This document shows positions 1 through 11,317 of a DNA stretch of 64,000 bases, piece after piece. The stretch's first letter is position 1. The number at the start of each line of letters is the position of its first letter. Source of the DNA: Fistulifera solaris. Its lineage: Eukaryota. The notes under the pieces are model-generated. The model searched no databases, was not told the origin of the DNA, and saw only the letters and a list, made by a program, of their open reading frames with translations. The translations under genes were made by a program, and so were the position numbers. Location of the stretch: the NCBI GenBank assembly GCA_030295235.1, contig AP026164.1, positions 2,108,001-2,172,000 on the forward strand. Direction: 5' to 3'.

Positions 1-547
1 ATTATAAGCCTAAAAAGTAGGTGGACTTTTTTTCTCCTTCTCATGCACGTCTGACTTTTAGCAATCTCTGCAATCTGTAATCTCTAATGTGCTGGTCTGT
101 GCTGTATTATCTCATTTCTCACGCTCACGCGCACTTCCTTGTTGACTGTTGACAGCCACTCCAGACCTTGGTCATTTGTCATTTGTCGTTCCTATTTCCT
201 ATGTGACTTGCCTTCCAAGTTCCAACTTATCGAAAGCACCAAGCACTATTTCTGCTATTACTACGTACCCGTAAGTCTACAGTACACAAGTAGGGAACAG
301 TGTACAGAGTGAGCTTAGGTGCTCGGTGCTCGGTGCTTCCAATGAACAATGAATCATCATCATCGAATGTCCGACTTCAATCTAGATCCCTGTGCCTCTT
401 GGCAAAACGACCAAAAGTCATTAGTCCCTATCTATTCAACACGTACTATTTAGTAGGATAATATTGTCTAGAGTCTAGAGAGTCGCTATAGTGTACGAGT
501 TTTGCTGATCAGACACGAAAATCCAAACACGTACTCCGTAATGTCCT

Positions 548-580
548 ACTCACCACTCACCACTCACCACTCACCACTCA
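548..580. repeat. Tandem heptamer (ACTCACC) x ~4.7 upstream of the first cyclase-PDE gene
   Basis: Read directly: actcacc actcacc actcacc actcacc actca, followed by degenerate tctcacc units. Confidence 0.9.
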
Positions 581-828
581 TCTCACCTCTCACGAAGGAG
601 TGTAGTAAAATGGGAGGCACTTATGACTTATGACGACCTTCTCCCTTCTCTTTGCAAAACCTACTTGTCATTCCGCTCTTGCGAGCGGAAAACGTCTAAA
701 ATAGTCGGGCCGCGGATCAAAGGCGAAATAAACTGACACCCTGACCGAAACCTCGTCCGAGAAGTTCGATTGTATTTTCCTCATAAAAAACTGGTAATTG
801 CGTGCACAAAAAAAAAGAATCAAGAATA

Positions 829-3800
829 ATGAAAGACGAAGACGACCACTCTTGGAGCGTCGATGGGGGCGAATCGTCTGATGGTGAGAATCATCGTCCC
901 TATGGAATGGACACCATCGAAGACGAAAAGGCGGAAGAAGCGGCGGTCGCCGAGCTGACACGTCGTGAGACGAGGGGAGTGCAAATGTGGAGAATTTTCA
1001 CCATGCTCACCCTCGTTGCCGTGTCTGTGGCGGTATCGACCATCACCTTTCGTCTTCTTCAAGATCAAGACATCGACGAATTTAACGACAGTGTAAGTTC
1101 TCTCTCCCCGGTCATGCAAACATTCGCTCGTTGCGCACCAATTTCAACTCACCCTGGCATGCTTCAGTATACCTTCTTTGCAGCGGCTATCCGAAACTCT
1201 GTTGAATCCCACGTCCGCGACATTTTTAGTGCAGGTGAAATGGTTGCAGGACAGGTTACAAAAGCAGCGACTGAGAAGGGCGAGACATTTCCCTTCGTGA
1301 CGGTCAATTTATTTGAAGTCGTAGGCAGACAAGCGAGGGAGATGTCTGGAGTGGATGAAATGATGTGGAGTCCGATGGTGGACAGCGACCAGTACGATGC
1401 ATGGACGAACTACTCCGCTGCAAATATCGACTGGATGGAGGAGTGTCCATTGCACTTTACGCCATTGAGCCTGGTCACAATCGTAAGCAAGAAGACTATA
1501 TGCTCTTTGATACCGATTTTTCGATATCTGGCCAAATTCCCGGGACACCCGTTGGACCAGGCCCATGGTCTCCCATTTGGCAAATCTCTCCACCTCCAAA
1601 CAACACGTTTGTGATCAACATTGATATGTTAGCGTTTGGAACGCAAATATTGCATGATGCCGTTAAAATGTTTTGCACTGCCTTGATGTCGGAAGTCATT
1701 GCAACAACTGATCCAATGGCAGCGCCCACGCTATGCTGTGGTTCACCCCGTTTACGAGAGCTTGTTTAACAAGGATACAGCAGAAATCGTGGGTCACATG
1801 TACAGTTTGTTTCCTTGGGATGCCTACCTTAAAAATCTGCTTCCGGAAGGTGTTTCCGGAATCACCGCTGTTCTAAGGAACAGCTGTGGTCAGGCTTTCA
1901 CCTATACTTTGGACGGTACTTGGGTAAGCATCCTGAGTTGCAATTCGATTGTTGACATTTGGACCGGCTCTTACCTTCTTTCTTATTTCTAATTCTTCCG
2001 TCAGGCCACATTTATCGGTTTCGGGGGACAAGCATGACACTCGATACGATCACATGGAAAACGATTGTACCTTTTTACGATGTTGCTCATAGTTATGGCG
2101 AGAAAGATCTGTGTTGATAAAGGGCACTGCTTGTTTTACCTTCACGTCTATCCCACCAGGGAGTTCGAAGAAAAGTACGATTCTTCCAATCCAGTGCAAG
2201 CGACAACGATGCTTGTGTTTGCCTTTTCTTTCATGATAACCGCGTTCCTGATGTTCGATTGCTTCGTCATTCGGAAGAAACCGCAAGCTGTTGATAGCCA
2301 TGAGCCCGAACAAAACGCGAATTGTATCTTCCCTGTTTCCCTCCAATGTACGCTGACCGCATTTTCCCAAGCCAAACAAGAGAACGAAGAGAAGAAAGGT
2401 CTGAATGGGAAGAGTCGTTTGAAGACATTCTTGTCTACTGGAACAGAGCAAGACAACGAAATGGGTGATGGTGGCGACGGAAACGAGGACTACATGTACA
2501 AGACAAAGCCGATTGCCGATCTTTTCCCAGAAACCACCATCTTATTCGCAGGTAGGTGCCGAATGCAAAGAGTGTGACCAGACGAAACGCACCAGTCCAT
2601 TATATCGGGTTGCTTACACTTCTTTTTCTTCGTCAAACTCTTGAAATCCAGATTTGGCAGGATTCACAGCATGGAGTTCAATGCGTGAGCCGACGCGAAG
2701 TGTTTATTCTGTTGGAGACCATCTACAAGGCTATGGACGACATTGCCAAGGCTCGTCGAGTCTTCAAGGTCGAGACTGTGGGCGATTGCTATGTTGCCGT
2801 TACCGGTCTACCTGATCCACGAAAGGACCACGCTGTCGCTATGTGTCGGTTCGCACTAGACTGCGTCCAGAAGATGGATGTATTGACAAGAAAGTTGGAG
2901 GTTATTTTGGGCCCTGATACGACCGATCTGAAGATGCGTCGGTTTGCACAGCGACCCCGTGACGGCTGGTGTTTTACGTGGCGGCGTTCTCGGTTCCAGC
3001 TGTTTGGTGATACAATGAACACAGCTAGCCGGATGGAATCGAATGGTCTTCCAGGAAAGATTCACATCTCCCGAGAAACTGCATGTCTATTGATCGCTCG
3101 CGGGCAAAGAGCATTGGGTGACTCGCGCGAAGAGAAAGTAGTGGCAAAGGGCAAGGGAGAGTTGCAAACGTACTGGCTGGTTACCACCAAAGCATCGAAC
3201 CATACTCAAAGCGACACCGCTTCAAGTGACAACTCGGGCGATCATGACGGAGCTTTGGTTGCTGATCTACCTTTCGACAAAGCTTCGCGGCAATGGACGA
3301 GAAAACTGATCGACTTGTCAAGTGGAACGTCGAAGTTCTCGCAGCTCTGCTCAAAAAAGTAGTTGCTCGCCGTGAAAGATATTGTTAATACCAAGGAATC
3401 GGCTCGCACGGCAAGTGCTTCCAAAGTAATGACGACACCGTTGGAAGAAGTGCAGGAGATTATTCGCATGCCAGTCTTCAAACGGGGCAAAGGAAGTGAA
3501 ATGAAAGAAGAAGACCTCAGCAATGTCGTCCTTGAGCAACTCAGAGAGTATGTTTCTGCGATTGCATCTATGTATCGCAGCAACCCGCTCCACAATTTCG
3601 AGCACGCGTCGCACGTGACCATGTCCGTGGTCAAACTTCTCTCTCGTATCGTAGCACCGGATGTCGATGCCGTGAACAGCGATTTGGAGTCCACACTGCA
3701 CGATTACACTTATGGCATCACCTCAGATCCGCTCACACAATTTGCTTACGTGCTTTCGGCTTTAATTCACGATGTCGACCACCCAGGTGTACCGAATACT

Positions 3801-4457
3801 CAGCTTGCCATTGAAAATCCCCAGCTTGCCAAGTTTTACAAGGACAAAAGTCTTATGAACAGAACTCTGTTGACTTGTCGTGGGAGTTGCTTCAAGATAG
3901 CAATTTCAACGATTTGAGACTGGCCATCTGCCCCACTGAGTATGACCGTATCAGATTTAGCCAGCTGGTGGTCAACTCTGTCATGGCGACGGACATCATG
4001 GACAAGGATTTGAAAAATCTTCGAAACAAACGCTGGGAAAAAGCCTTTGCTGGACAGAATCACGAGGAGTCGGTGAATGACGCTGTCGATCGTGAAGGCG
4101 AAAATTGTGATCGAGCACTTGATTCAAGCTTCTGACGTCTCGCACACAATGCAGCACTGGCATATTTACACAAAGTGGAACCAGCGCTTATTCGAGGAGA
4201 TGTACAGCACTTACATCCAAGGTCGATCTGCAAATGACCCCTCAGAGAACTGGTACAAGGGCGAGATCGGTTTCTTTGACTTTTATATCATTCCTTTGGC
4301 GAAGAAGCTGCGCGAGTGTGGTGTGTTTGGTGTTTTGAGTGATGAATACTTGAACTATGCCGAAAAGAATCGACAGGAATGGGAAGCCAGAGGCATGGAA
4401 GTCGTTGCCAACATGATTGAAGCTGCGCACAAGAAGTTCGGCACAAAGTCCGCCTAA
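829..4457 (+). CDS. Membrane class III nucleotide cyclase + cyclic-nucleotide phosphodiesterase fusion (receptor-type guanylate/adenylate cyclase), copy 1; spliced, several apparent frameshifts
   Basis: Two TM segments flank an extracellular region. Cyclase motifs KVETVGDCY and FQLFGDTMNTASRMES; PDE motifs HNFEHASHV, HDVDHPG, SDVSH, EIGFFDFYIIP. Intron 1093-1167 (GTAAGT..CAG) and further introns near 1923 and 2552. Close paralog at 59822-63573. Confidence 0.88.
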
Positions 4458-4895
4458 AGATCTTCGATGATCGCTCACAGTATTATAAACAGAATTGTTA
4501 GCTTAATTACAATAAACAGTTCGTTACCTTTCCTTGCGATGTAATTTTTTGCGTTTACATCTTTGATTGATCCATGTCGACTGGAATTGCTTGGTCTCCT
4601 TCAGCTATTCCTCATTACAAGTATTGTTTACATAGTCGAGTTGGCGCCGTAAGACTTAAATGTTGACCCAGCAGTCATTTCACTTAGTCGGATCGGTACC
4701 GGTACCTGTTACAGTTTCCGTCATGTCCGGCGTCCGGTGGGTGTCGTCATTCGAGCTTTGATTTTTTGGGAGCGTCGCGACAGCTTCAACCGAGCTTCAA
4801 CACTTATCATCGTCCATTACACTTCATTCAAGCGCTATACGTGTCCTTTTAGCCGTGTGATTTTCCAGCAATACACCTTTTACTTCAGTCCCATC

Positions 4896-5687
4896 ATGTC
4901 ACCGATTTCGTCTCTATTAGTACTGTTGTTGGTCACTTCCACTTCGGCTTTCACGATGACTCCTCCTCCTTCGCCGAGAGGATCGTCGACGGCACTCGCG
5001 GCCTACAAAAAAGTCTTTGTCGCCGGCGGATCTCGCGGAGTCGGTCGTTGCCTTGTCGATCAGCTGATTGCCTCCGGTCGTCAAGTCGTAGCTTTGGTTC
5101 GCAAGGAAGAAGACGCTGGACTCCTTAATGCACTCGAAGGATGCACGGCCATTGTCGGTGATGCTTTTGACCAAAAGACGGTCGAAAACGCCATGGATGG
5201 TTGCGATGCCGCCATTACGACACTCGGCGGCTCGACAGCCGATCAGGGACAGCGTATTGATTACGACGGCAACAACAATGTGATCGAGAGTGCGGGGATT
5301 TTGGGTGTTACGCGTGTAATTTTGGTCACCAGCATCGGTTGTGGCAGTAGCAAGGAAGCGGCCCCTCCCAATGTCTTTGAAGCACTAAAACCTGTACTGC
5401 TTGCGAAAGAGAAGGCTGAGAACATTTTGATCAAGTATTACACGAACATGAACTGGACAATTGTGCGACCGGGTGGTCTAAAAAGTGAGCCGGCTACGGG
5501 AAAGGCTATTTTGACGGAAGATAACACGGCGATTGGTAGCATCCACCGAGAAGACGTAGCAGCGTTGGTGATTCAAGCCTTGGATGCTGCTAATACAGAA
5601 AAGAAGATCTTGAGTGCTGTGGATCCTTCGATTACCAGCTCTGTGAGCATGGAGGGCAAAACAGTCGAAGCGTTTGCTTTAGCTTAA
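4896..5687 (+). CDS. NAD(P)-binding Rossmann/atypical SDR protein, probably plastid-targeted
   Basis: VFVAGGSRGVG dinucleotide motif and WTIVRPGGL; hydrophobic signal peptide ending TSAF followed by an S/T/P-rich transit-like stretch. Confidence 0.8.
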   Translation: MSPISSLLVLLLVTSTSAFTMTPPPSPRGSSTALAAYKKVFVAGGSRGVGRCLVDQLIASGRQVVALVRKEEDAGLLNALEGCTAIVGDAFDQKTVENAMDGCDAAITTLGGSTADQGQRIDYDGNNNVIESAGILGVTRVILVTSIGCGSSKEAAPPNVFEALKPVLLAKEKAENILIKYYTNMNWTIVRPGGLKSEPATGKAILTEDNTAIGSIHREDVAALVIQALDAANTEKKILSAVDPSITSSVSMEGKTVEAFALA

Positions 5688-5809
5688 AATTAAAAAAAAA
5701 AACACAAGTTTGATTTCGAGTCGTGAAAGAGTGAATAATTATTTCAAAAACATCTCTTCTATTGTTTCACTACCTGGTATTGCTTTGGGGGTACCGAATT
5801 TTTGGAATG

Positions 5810-6429
5810 TTAGGACACTCGCTTCTCGTTCGACAGATTGGAAGTTTCCCCATTGCTTGCTTCCGATTTATGCTGCTGCTGCTGCAAAAGCTGCCCAAAT
5901 TTTTCTTTTCCCAAGAAATCTTCTAAATCAACTTCCAACACACTTTCAAATTTCGCATCTCCCCACCCTGCTCTTGCACTATTTTTTGTATATCCCAATT
6001 GTCATCAAAATACCCCAATCGATCGGCTATCAAATGTTGGCGCGAACATCCCGGACATCGTACAATGACCACTCCTTGCAAATACGCTCGCTCTGTGAAT
6101 TGTTTGATGCTACGGGTCTCACAAACACCGCACGTATACACAATCGCCAGCTGTTTCCCACTCCCTCGCAAGACGGTTCCAGGAATTTGTAAAGTTGTCG
6201 CTTCTTTCGTTGACGTTTCATTCAGCTCTTTGTCGCTACTGCTTGTAGAAGAACAGAGAAATCGTTTCCCGTTATAAGCTGAACACGAGGCATGTCTCAA
6301 ATGAGGTCGTTCGTGAGGTTTGATCACGATGGAGAGGGCAGGATGGAAGCATCGAACTAAGTCAGTTTGACTGGCGTAACGCGAAGCCACAACTCGAATT
6401 CCCGCTGCAGCTGTTCTGGATAACATCAT
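5810..6429 (-). CDS. DNL-type zinc finger protein (mitochondrial Hsp70 escort, Zim17/Hep1-like); probable frameshift near 5945
   Basis: YTCGVC...GVVIVRCPGC...HLIADRLGYF signature; Arg/Ser-rich mitochondrial-type presequence. The C-terminus probably continues in ORF 5810-5998. Confidence 0.85.
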
Positions 6430-6720
6430 CGTTAGGATCTGAGAGGAAGACGAATCAATATAGTTATTCACAATAGTTATTTGTTGTCAGTCGTAGACGC
6501 GTATTTCACATCTCACATTAGAAATATGCGTGCGGTTGCCGTTTTCTTGGTATCGCTTTTTTCGACCCCGCTGCGGTAATTTTGGTCGAAGCCACTACGA
6601 CAAGCTGAAAACCACAAATAATAATGAAGTATGAGGTTTGTCATGAGTCACGAGTCATTTTTTTTTGAACTTGTCCTTGTTTTTGAACTCCGGAGTAATT
6701 GAAAGGAGGAGAGTCGAAGT

Positions 6721-6747
6721 AATAATAATAATAATAATAATAATAAT
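6721..6747. repeat. (AAT)9 microsatellite
   Basis: Read directly. Confidence 0.95.
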
Positions 6748-7132
6748 GCTACTCCGTAGCAATCATAATCCAGGTCTGCTGTTTCCGTTGATATCTATTG
6801 TGAGAAAACTTGGACTTTTTCGTCAAACCACTGGTTTTTCGTCGGAATGCCTCAACACTGCTTCTATCTTTACGGTATCTGGATTGCTGAGCACGTCGTA
6901 ACCCATTGCCAAGTATACTTTTCTCGCACAATGCCGAGCACAAAGCTGTCTGGTTATTCACCACGTTGCATAAAAAAAATCCAAAGCTGGAACTCGGCAA
7001 TCAATCTCTCTTTTTGTTGAGGATTTTGTTGCACCTGACGTATCGGTGGAGAAAAATATCTTTATAAACGATGTAGACCAACAACTTGCAAGCATTATAT
7101 GACGCGTTACCTACAGATGAATGCTACCAGCC

Positions 7133-8721
7133 TTACAAATAGATTGCAACAATCAACACCATCACCAGCGTACCAGCCATTGAGTTGACGCGCGCTGCGA
7201 GAACGGATGAAGTCGGAACCGAGCCTGCATTGCCCGCGGTCGGTGTAGTAGCGTCCACCGAAGGGGTCGGGGCAGTAGGTTCACTGTCCGTGGTTGGAGT
7301 TGGCGCAGTGGGTGGACTATCCGTGGTAGGCGCGGGAGCAGAGAAATTGGGACATTTGAGATACTCTTCCTGGATGAGATTTCGATCATAACAAACAAAT
7401 CCGTTCAGTGGCAGACCGCCTGAACCATCTGCTTTCAAATGGGCAATCGACTTGGGGTCCACCGGTGTGCATTCCTCGGTCGCCTCTTGTAGATTTTCTG
7501 CAGCTGAGATGCGTTCCGTGAATCCGGTCAGATAGGACGCAATAATCTTGTATGAGAGTGGTCCATCGTTCATTGGAGTGTACCACCACTGGTCGGCAAG
7601 AATGGCCTGTAATAAGTGCAAGAACAGGTGAAGGTTAGACTGCTACCAAGTGAGGAGTGAGCGATCGTCGTATTTTTGCGTAGAATACTTACTCTGTCAG
7701 GGAAAAGTAATTTGAAATTGTCATCAACCAACCGAGAGCTACGCGAGTCAATCATCCAAAAGTCCACGGGGAAATACGTGTTTCCGTTACACTCTTGATT
7801 GACGTCACCAGGCTCACAATCAACAAAGTATTGATTGGCTGTTATCTCACCCCATTCTTCGTATGTATCACCATGCAGAAGCGGCATTCCGAGTTCTTCC
7901 AGTGTTCGAGGAACCCAAAGGTCGATAGGATCGTAATCACTCAGAGACGCATACGAGGTTCCGTTCTCGTCTTGGTTCACGGCTAGCCAGATATTCTTGA
8001 TGCGAATACCCTTTTCGTGCGCTTGTGCCGCGGCATCCGTAAGATTACTCGCGGCTTCACAGGCGGCCTGCTTCTGCATGTTCAACGCGTCAACGTCCAC
8101 ATCAGAACCAAGAAAGACAGCTAGCTCCTCCAGTCGATTCGCAATATCGATCATCGATCGTCCGTAGCACATCGACGGATCAATCAGGGAGTAATTAAAG
8201 GCACGGCAATTCTCGTTGTACTCGTAGAACGTATCCACAAAGATGACAGTAAGTCCTGCGGCATCTACTTCCAGGAACTTTTCATCCACACCATTATCAA
8301 TGAACAGAACAAAGTCAATCTGATCCTGCAACGCAACGAGATCAGTGACATTATCAATTTGAAAGCAACCACGAGGATTCGTATAGCAAGAGGGCGAAAG
8401 GTTGACTGCCGAAGCCAAAAAGGCTGCTTCTTCCGGACCAGGATCCAACTCCGGAAAGACAGAGCCGGCCGTCGGATTTGCTGGATCGAAATCAGATCCA
8501 CGGATACCCCAGATACCCCAGGTCGCTACCAACTGATCTGCTGTCATTCCCATGTGAAATAGCGAAACACCACCGATGCCGGCGCGTACGGCAACCTTGG
8601 CTTTAACGGTGTTGTCCCATTCATGAACGGTGCCGCGATCGTCACGGAACATGACGGCTTCTGTCGAAGAAGACATGAAAAGAAGTGCAACGAGGGCGCT
8701 TATGGTACGGTGGAACATCAT
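7133..8721 (-). CDS. Cell-surface siderophore/periplasmic-binding-protein-like protein (diatom FBP1-like; DesE/FhuD type), two exons
   Basis: Signal peptide, then FRDDRG (resembles the TDDRG start of actinobacterial siderophore-binding proteins). Intron 7607-7692 joins FPDR|AILADQ in frame. Pro/Thr stalk and hydrophobic C-terminal anchor. Family call is from recalled motifs. Confidence 0.65.
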
Positions 8722-8925
8722 TGTAAATATGCTATCTTGTCTTATTTGCTTTGATAGAGACTTACACCAATGCTGATGTCAAAAGTCAAAAGACTGCGAA
8801 AAGTAATGCATCGGCTTCATTTTTCAAAACGAATCGCTTCATCAGAGCCAACCCTACCAGGTGCTTCTGGTATCAAAAGATCTTGAACTGACGCCTATCA
8901 GGTCTGAAGATCCAAGCGCGTGGCC

Positions 8926-8931
8926 CACGTG
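8926..8931. promoter_or_regulatory. CACGTG (E-box/G-box) element, candidate low-iron response element in a divergent promoter
   Basis: The minus strand reads ACACGTGG, about 205 nt upstream of the ATG at 8721. It resembles the CACGTG-containing motifs described for low-iron-induced diatom genes. Confidence 0.4.
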
Positions 8932-9510
8932 TGGCTTCGGATCCGTTGTTATCGGCGTGTACTATAGCAATGATAGTTTCATACACACCTCACCTCAACA
9001 ATTCGTAATCAATGTCGATGCACGCAGCAAGGCCTAATGCTGTAAGATACTCCGGAGTATAATGAAGTCGAAGGCTATTGTTTGACCTTTTGTCCTTTCT
9101 TGGTTGCCATTCATTTGGATCAGAAAATGAGAGCAGCACAAGTTTGCCATGAGCTTTTGAGACGAAACGCGTGCTGCGAGCACGTTTGAAGCTGACACTC
9201 TTTTCAACAGTACCTGGTAAGGGGTCACGTACCCCGTATCGTGAATCGTGACTCAGTTCAGAAACACCTTTTATCTGTACGAGTGTATTGGAATTGCAAT
9301 CTATCAAACATCAAGCATGCAGCATGCAGACGAGAAAACGAGATGCTCCATCTTCCGATCTTCATTCATTTTGTTTCTGCGTTTGCAAACGTCCAAGGTC
9401 CAAGATCGCTCCAAACGTTCGCACTTTACAAAAAACATCTTATCGGAGAAGCTTCATTCGCCATTCGCAAATCCTTTCAATACATATCTTTTTAAGCACA
9501 GTGATATAGC

Positions 9511-11317
9511 ATGGCGCTCGCAATCACTCTATTAGCCGCCGGTGCCTGTTACAGCGACAGCGCCTTCAAGAGATGCGCTTTGCAGCCTTCTGAATGCCGT
9601 TCCCCTGAAGTATATCAAACCAGTCATTGGATGACGGCGAACGATGCCACAAATGCCGCAAAATGCGCTTCACAAAGTGCTATTCTCAAGATCCCTGCAT
9701 TAGGACGTTGTGATTCGGAATCGGAGCGTTTCATTTGCACGTCTCACGCGTCGGCTTGCCGTGTGGATGTAGCTTTTAATGCAGTGGATCCGGATTGCAC
9801 TGTTTTACATGATTATCGCCCCGTTGATACTCCCTTTACTCGAAGTTTTTACGGAGAGTGTGTCCCGACGGAAGACGGATTAGGGGCTGGCTTGGAATCG
9901 TTCGCAGTTTGGCAATTCAATGAATGTGATACTTCCACTGGCATGTACGCTTTCGACACGGCGGATAAGTTCTTTGCCGGTGACGCACCTACAGCTCAGT
10001 GCGACAAGGTCAAAACCGGAGCGTGTGTCGATTCCAGTGACAGCACAAAGTTTTTCTGTGCTGTTAGTTCCGAGGTGTGCAGCTCTACCACCGCTTTCTC
10101 CTATCTCAACGTGACACAAGTAGAGGCGCAGCTGTCAACGACGTGCAAGCTTTGCGATACAATTCCTTCCCCCCCTGTCACACGACATGTCTTTGCTGGA
10201 GCGTGTATTGTTGAGTCGACTGCCGAGTTCAAGCGATGTGCGTTGATGGCGGAACACTGTGATGGCACAGGCGAAACGTTTTACTCGTCCAAGGCTCTTG
10301 AGACGGCCGGCATCGACGCCGCAAATGTCTGCAAAACGCAAGAAGGTCTTCACCAAGTTCGCGTAGGACGTTGTGACTCGGAATCCGATCAGAACGTTTG
10401 CGTTTCGGATGCTAGCGCGTGCTCCGTCTCACAATCCTTTCAAGCAAACGACGAAACCTGCCTTTTAGTTGAAGACAAGGGCACCGTTTCGGGCTTCAAA
10501 ACGACTCACTTTGGACATTGCTCGATCGGCGATGATGTCTCCTTCACAGGTTTCCAAGCCGGACGCGAGAATTATTGTGCCTGGAGCTTTAATGAGTGCA
10601 AGGACGAAGATCCAAACGCCCGGCCATATTCGTATGGCAAAGCACTGCCTACCATGTCCGGTACAAATCCGCTCTGTCAATGTGACGATGTTCGAACTGG
10701 TGCTTGTGTCAGCGATACGAACTCCAATGATTCGTACTGTGCAGTAGCGAGCTCGGCGTGCGACACGGGTTATACATTTTACAACGTTCGCGCTTTGGAA
10801 GATCCCGCAGGGCCTCAACAAGGTGTGTTTTCTTTGCCAAACACTTCCGAGTAATTTAGCAACACCTACTGCGGAAGTACCCGTTCCAACAATTCCGATG
10901 GCATCTCCTTCAACTCCTGTTGTGACACCGGTAGCTGCTCCGACTCCCCCGGTATCGGCTCCGTCGCCCGTGTGGACCTATCCGGTCGCTTCTCCGAATC
11001 ACCCGAGCTTTAGCGTGCCCAACATTGAAAGGGATTTTGAGAATGAATTTGAAAACGACAGTTTAGCGGCGGGTGCTGTCATCGGTATCGTTCTCGGCGT
11101 TTTCATTAGTTGCTGCTTCTTTTTGGCTGCCTACTGTATGGTCTGCAAGAGAGGAGACTTTTTTGTGGTTGATCAAGTCCCCAAGAAAGGCTCCGACATT
11201 GATAAAACGGATCTAGCAAATGAAGAAGAAGGCCATTTTACTTCGAGCCAAGCGGCAATGGAACAAGGAAATTTTGAGGAGGACTTTATTCCCCAAGAAG
11301 ATCATAGCGTAAATTAA
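9511..11317 (+). CDS. Cys-rich type I membrane protein with two tandem ~220-aa extracellular repeats, a Pro/Thr stalk, a TM helix and an acidic tail; frameshift near 10815
   Basis: Both repeats contain AGAC..FKRCAL, GRCDSES, WxFNEC, CDxVxTGAC, CAVxSxxC and CxLCxT(I/L)P. TM segment AVIGIVLGVFISCCFFLAAYCMVC lies in ORF 10823-11317. Confidence 0.8.

Noticed and set aside
548..580. Telomeric or CRISPR-like repeat
   Set aside because: Only about 5 contiguous units with no spacers; the unit is not TTAGGG-like and the context is eukaryotic and internal.
829..4457. Cyclase-PDE copies as long terminal or segmental repeats of a mobile element spanning the window
   Set aside because: Similarity is confined to coding exons, the introns and flanks differ, and no transposase, RT or integrase is seen.
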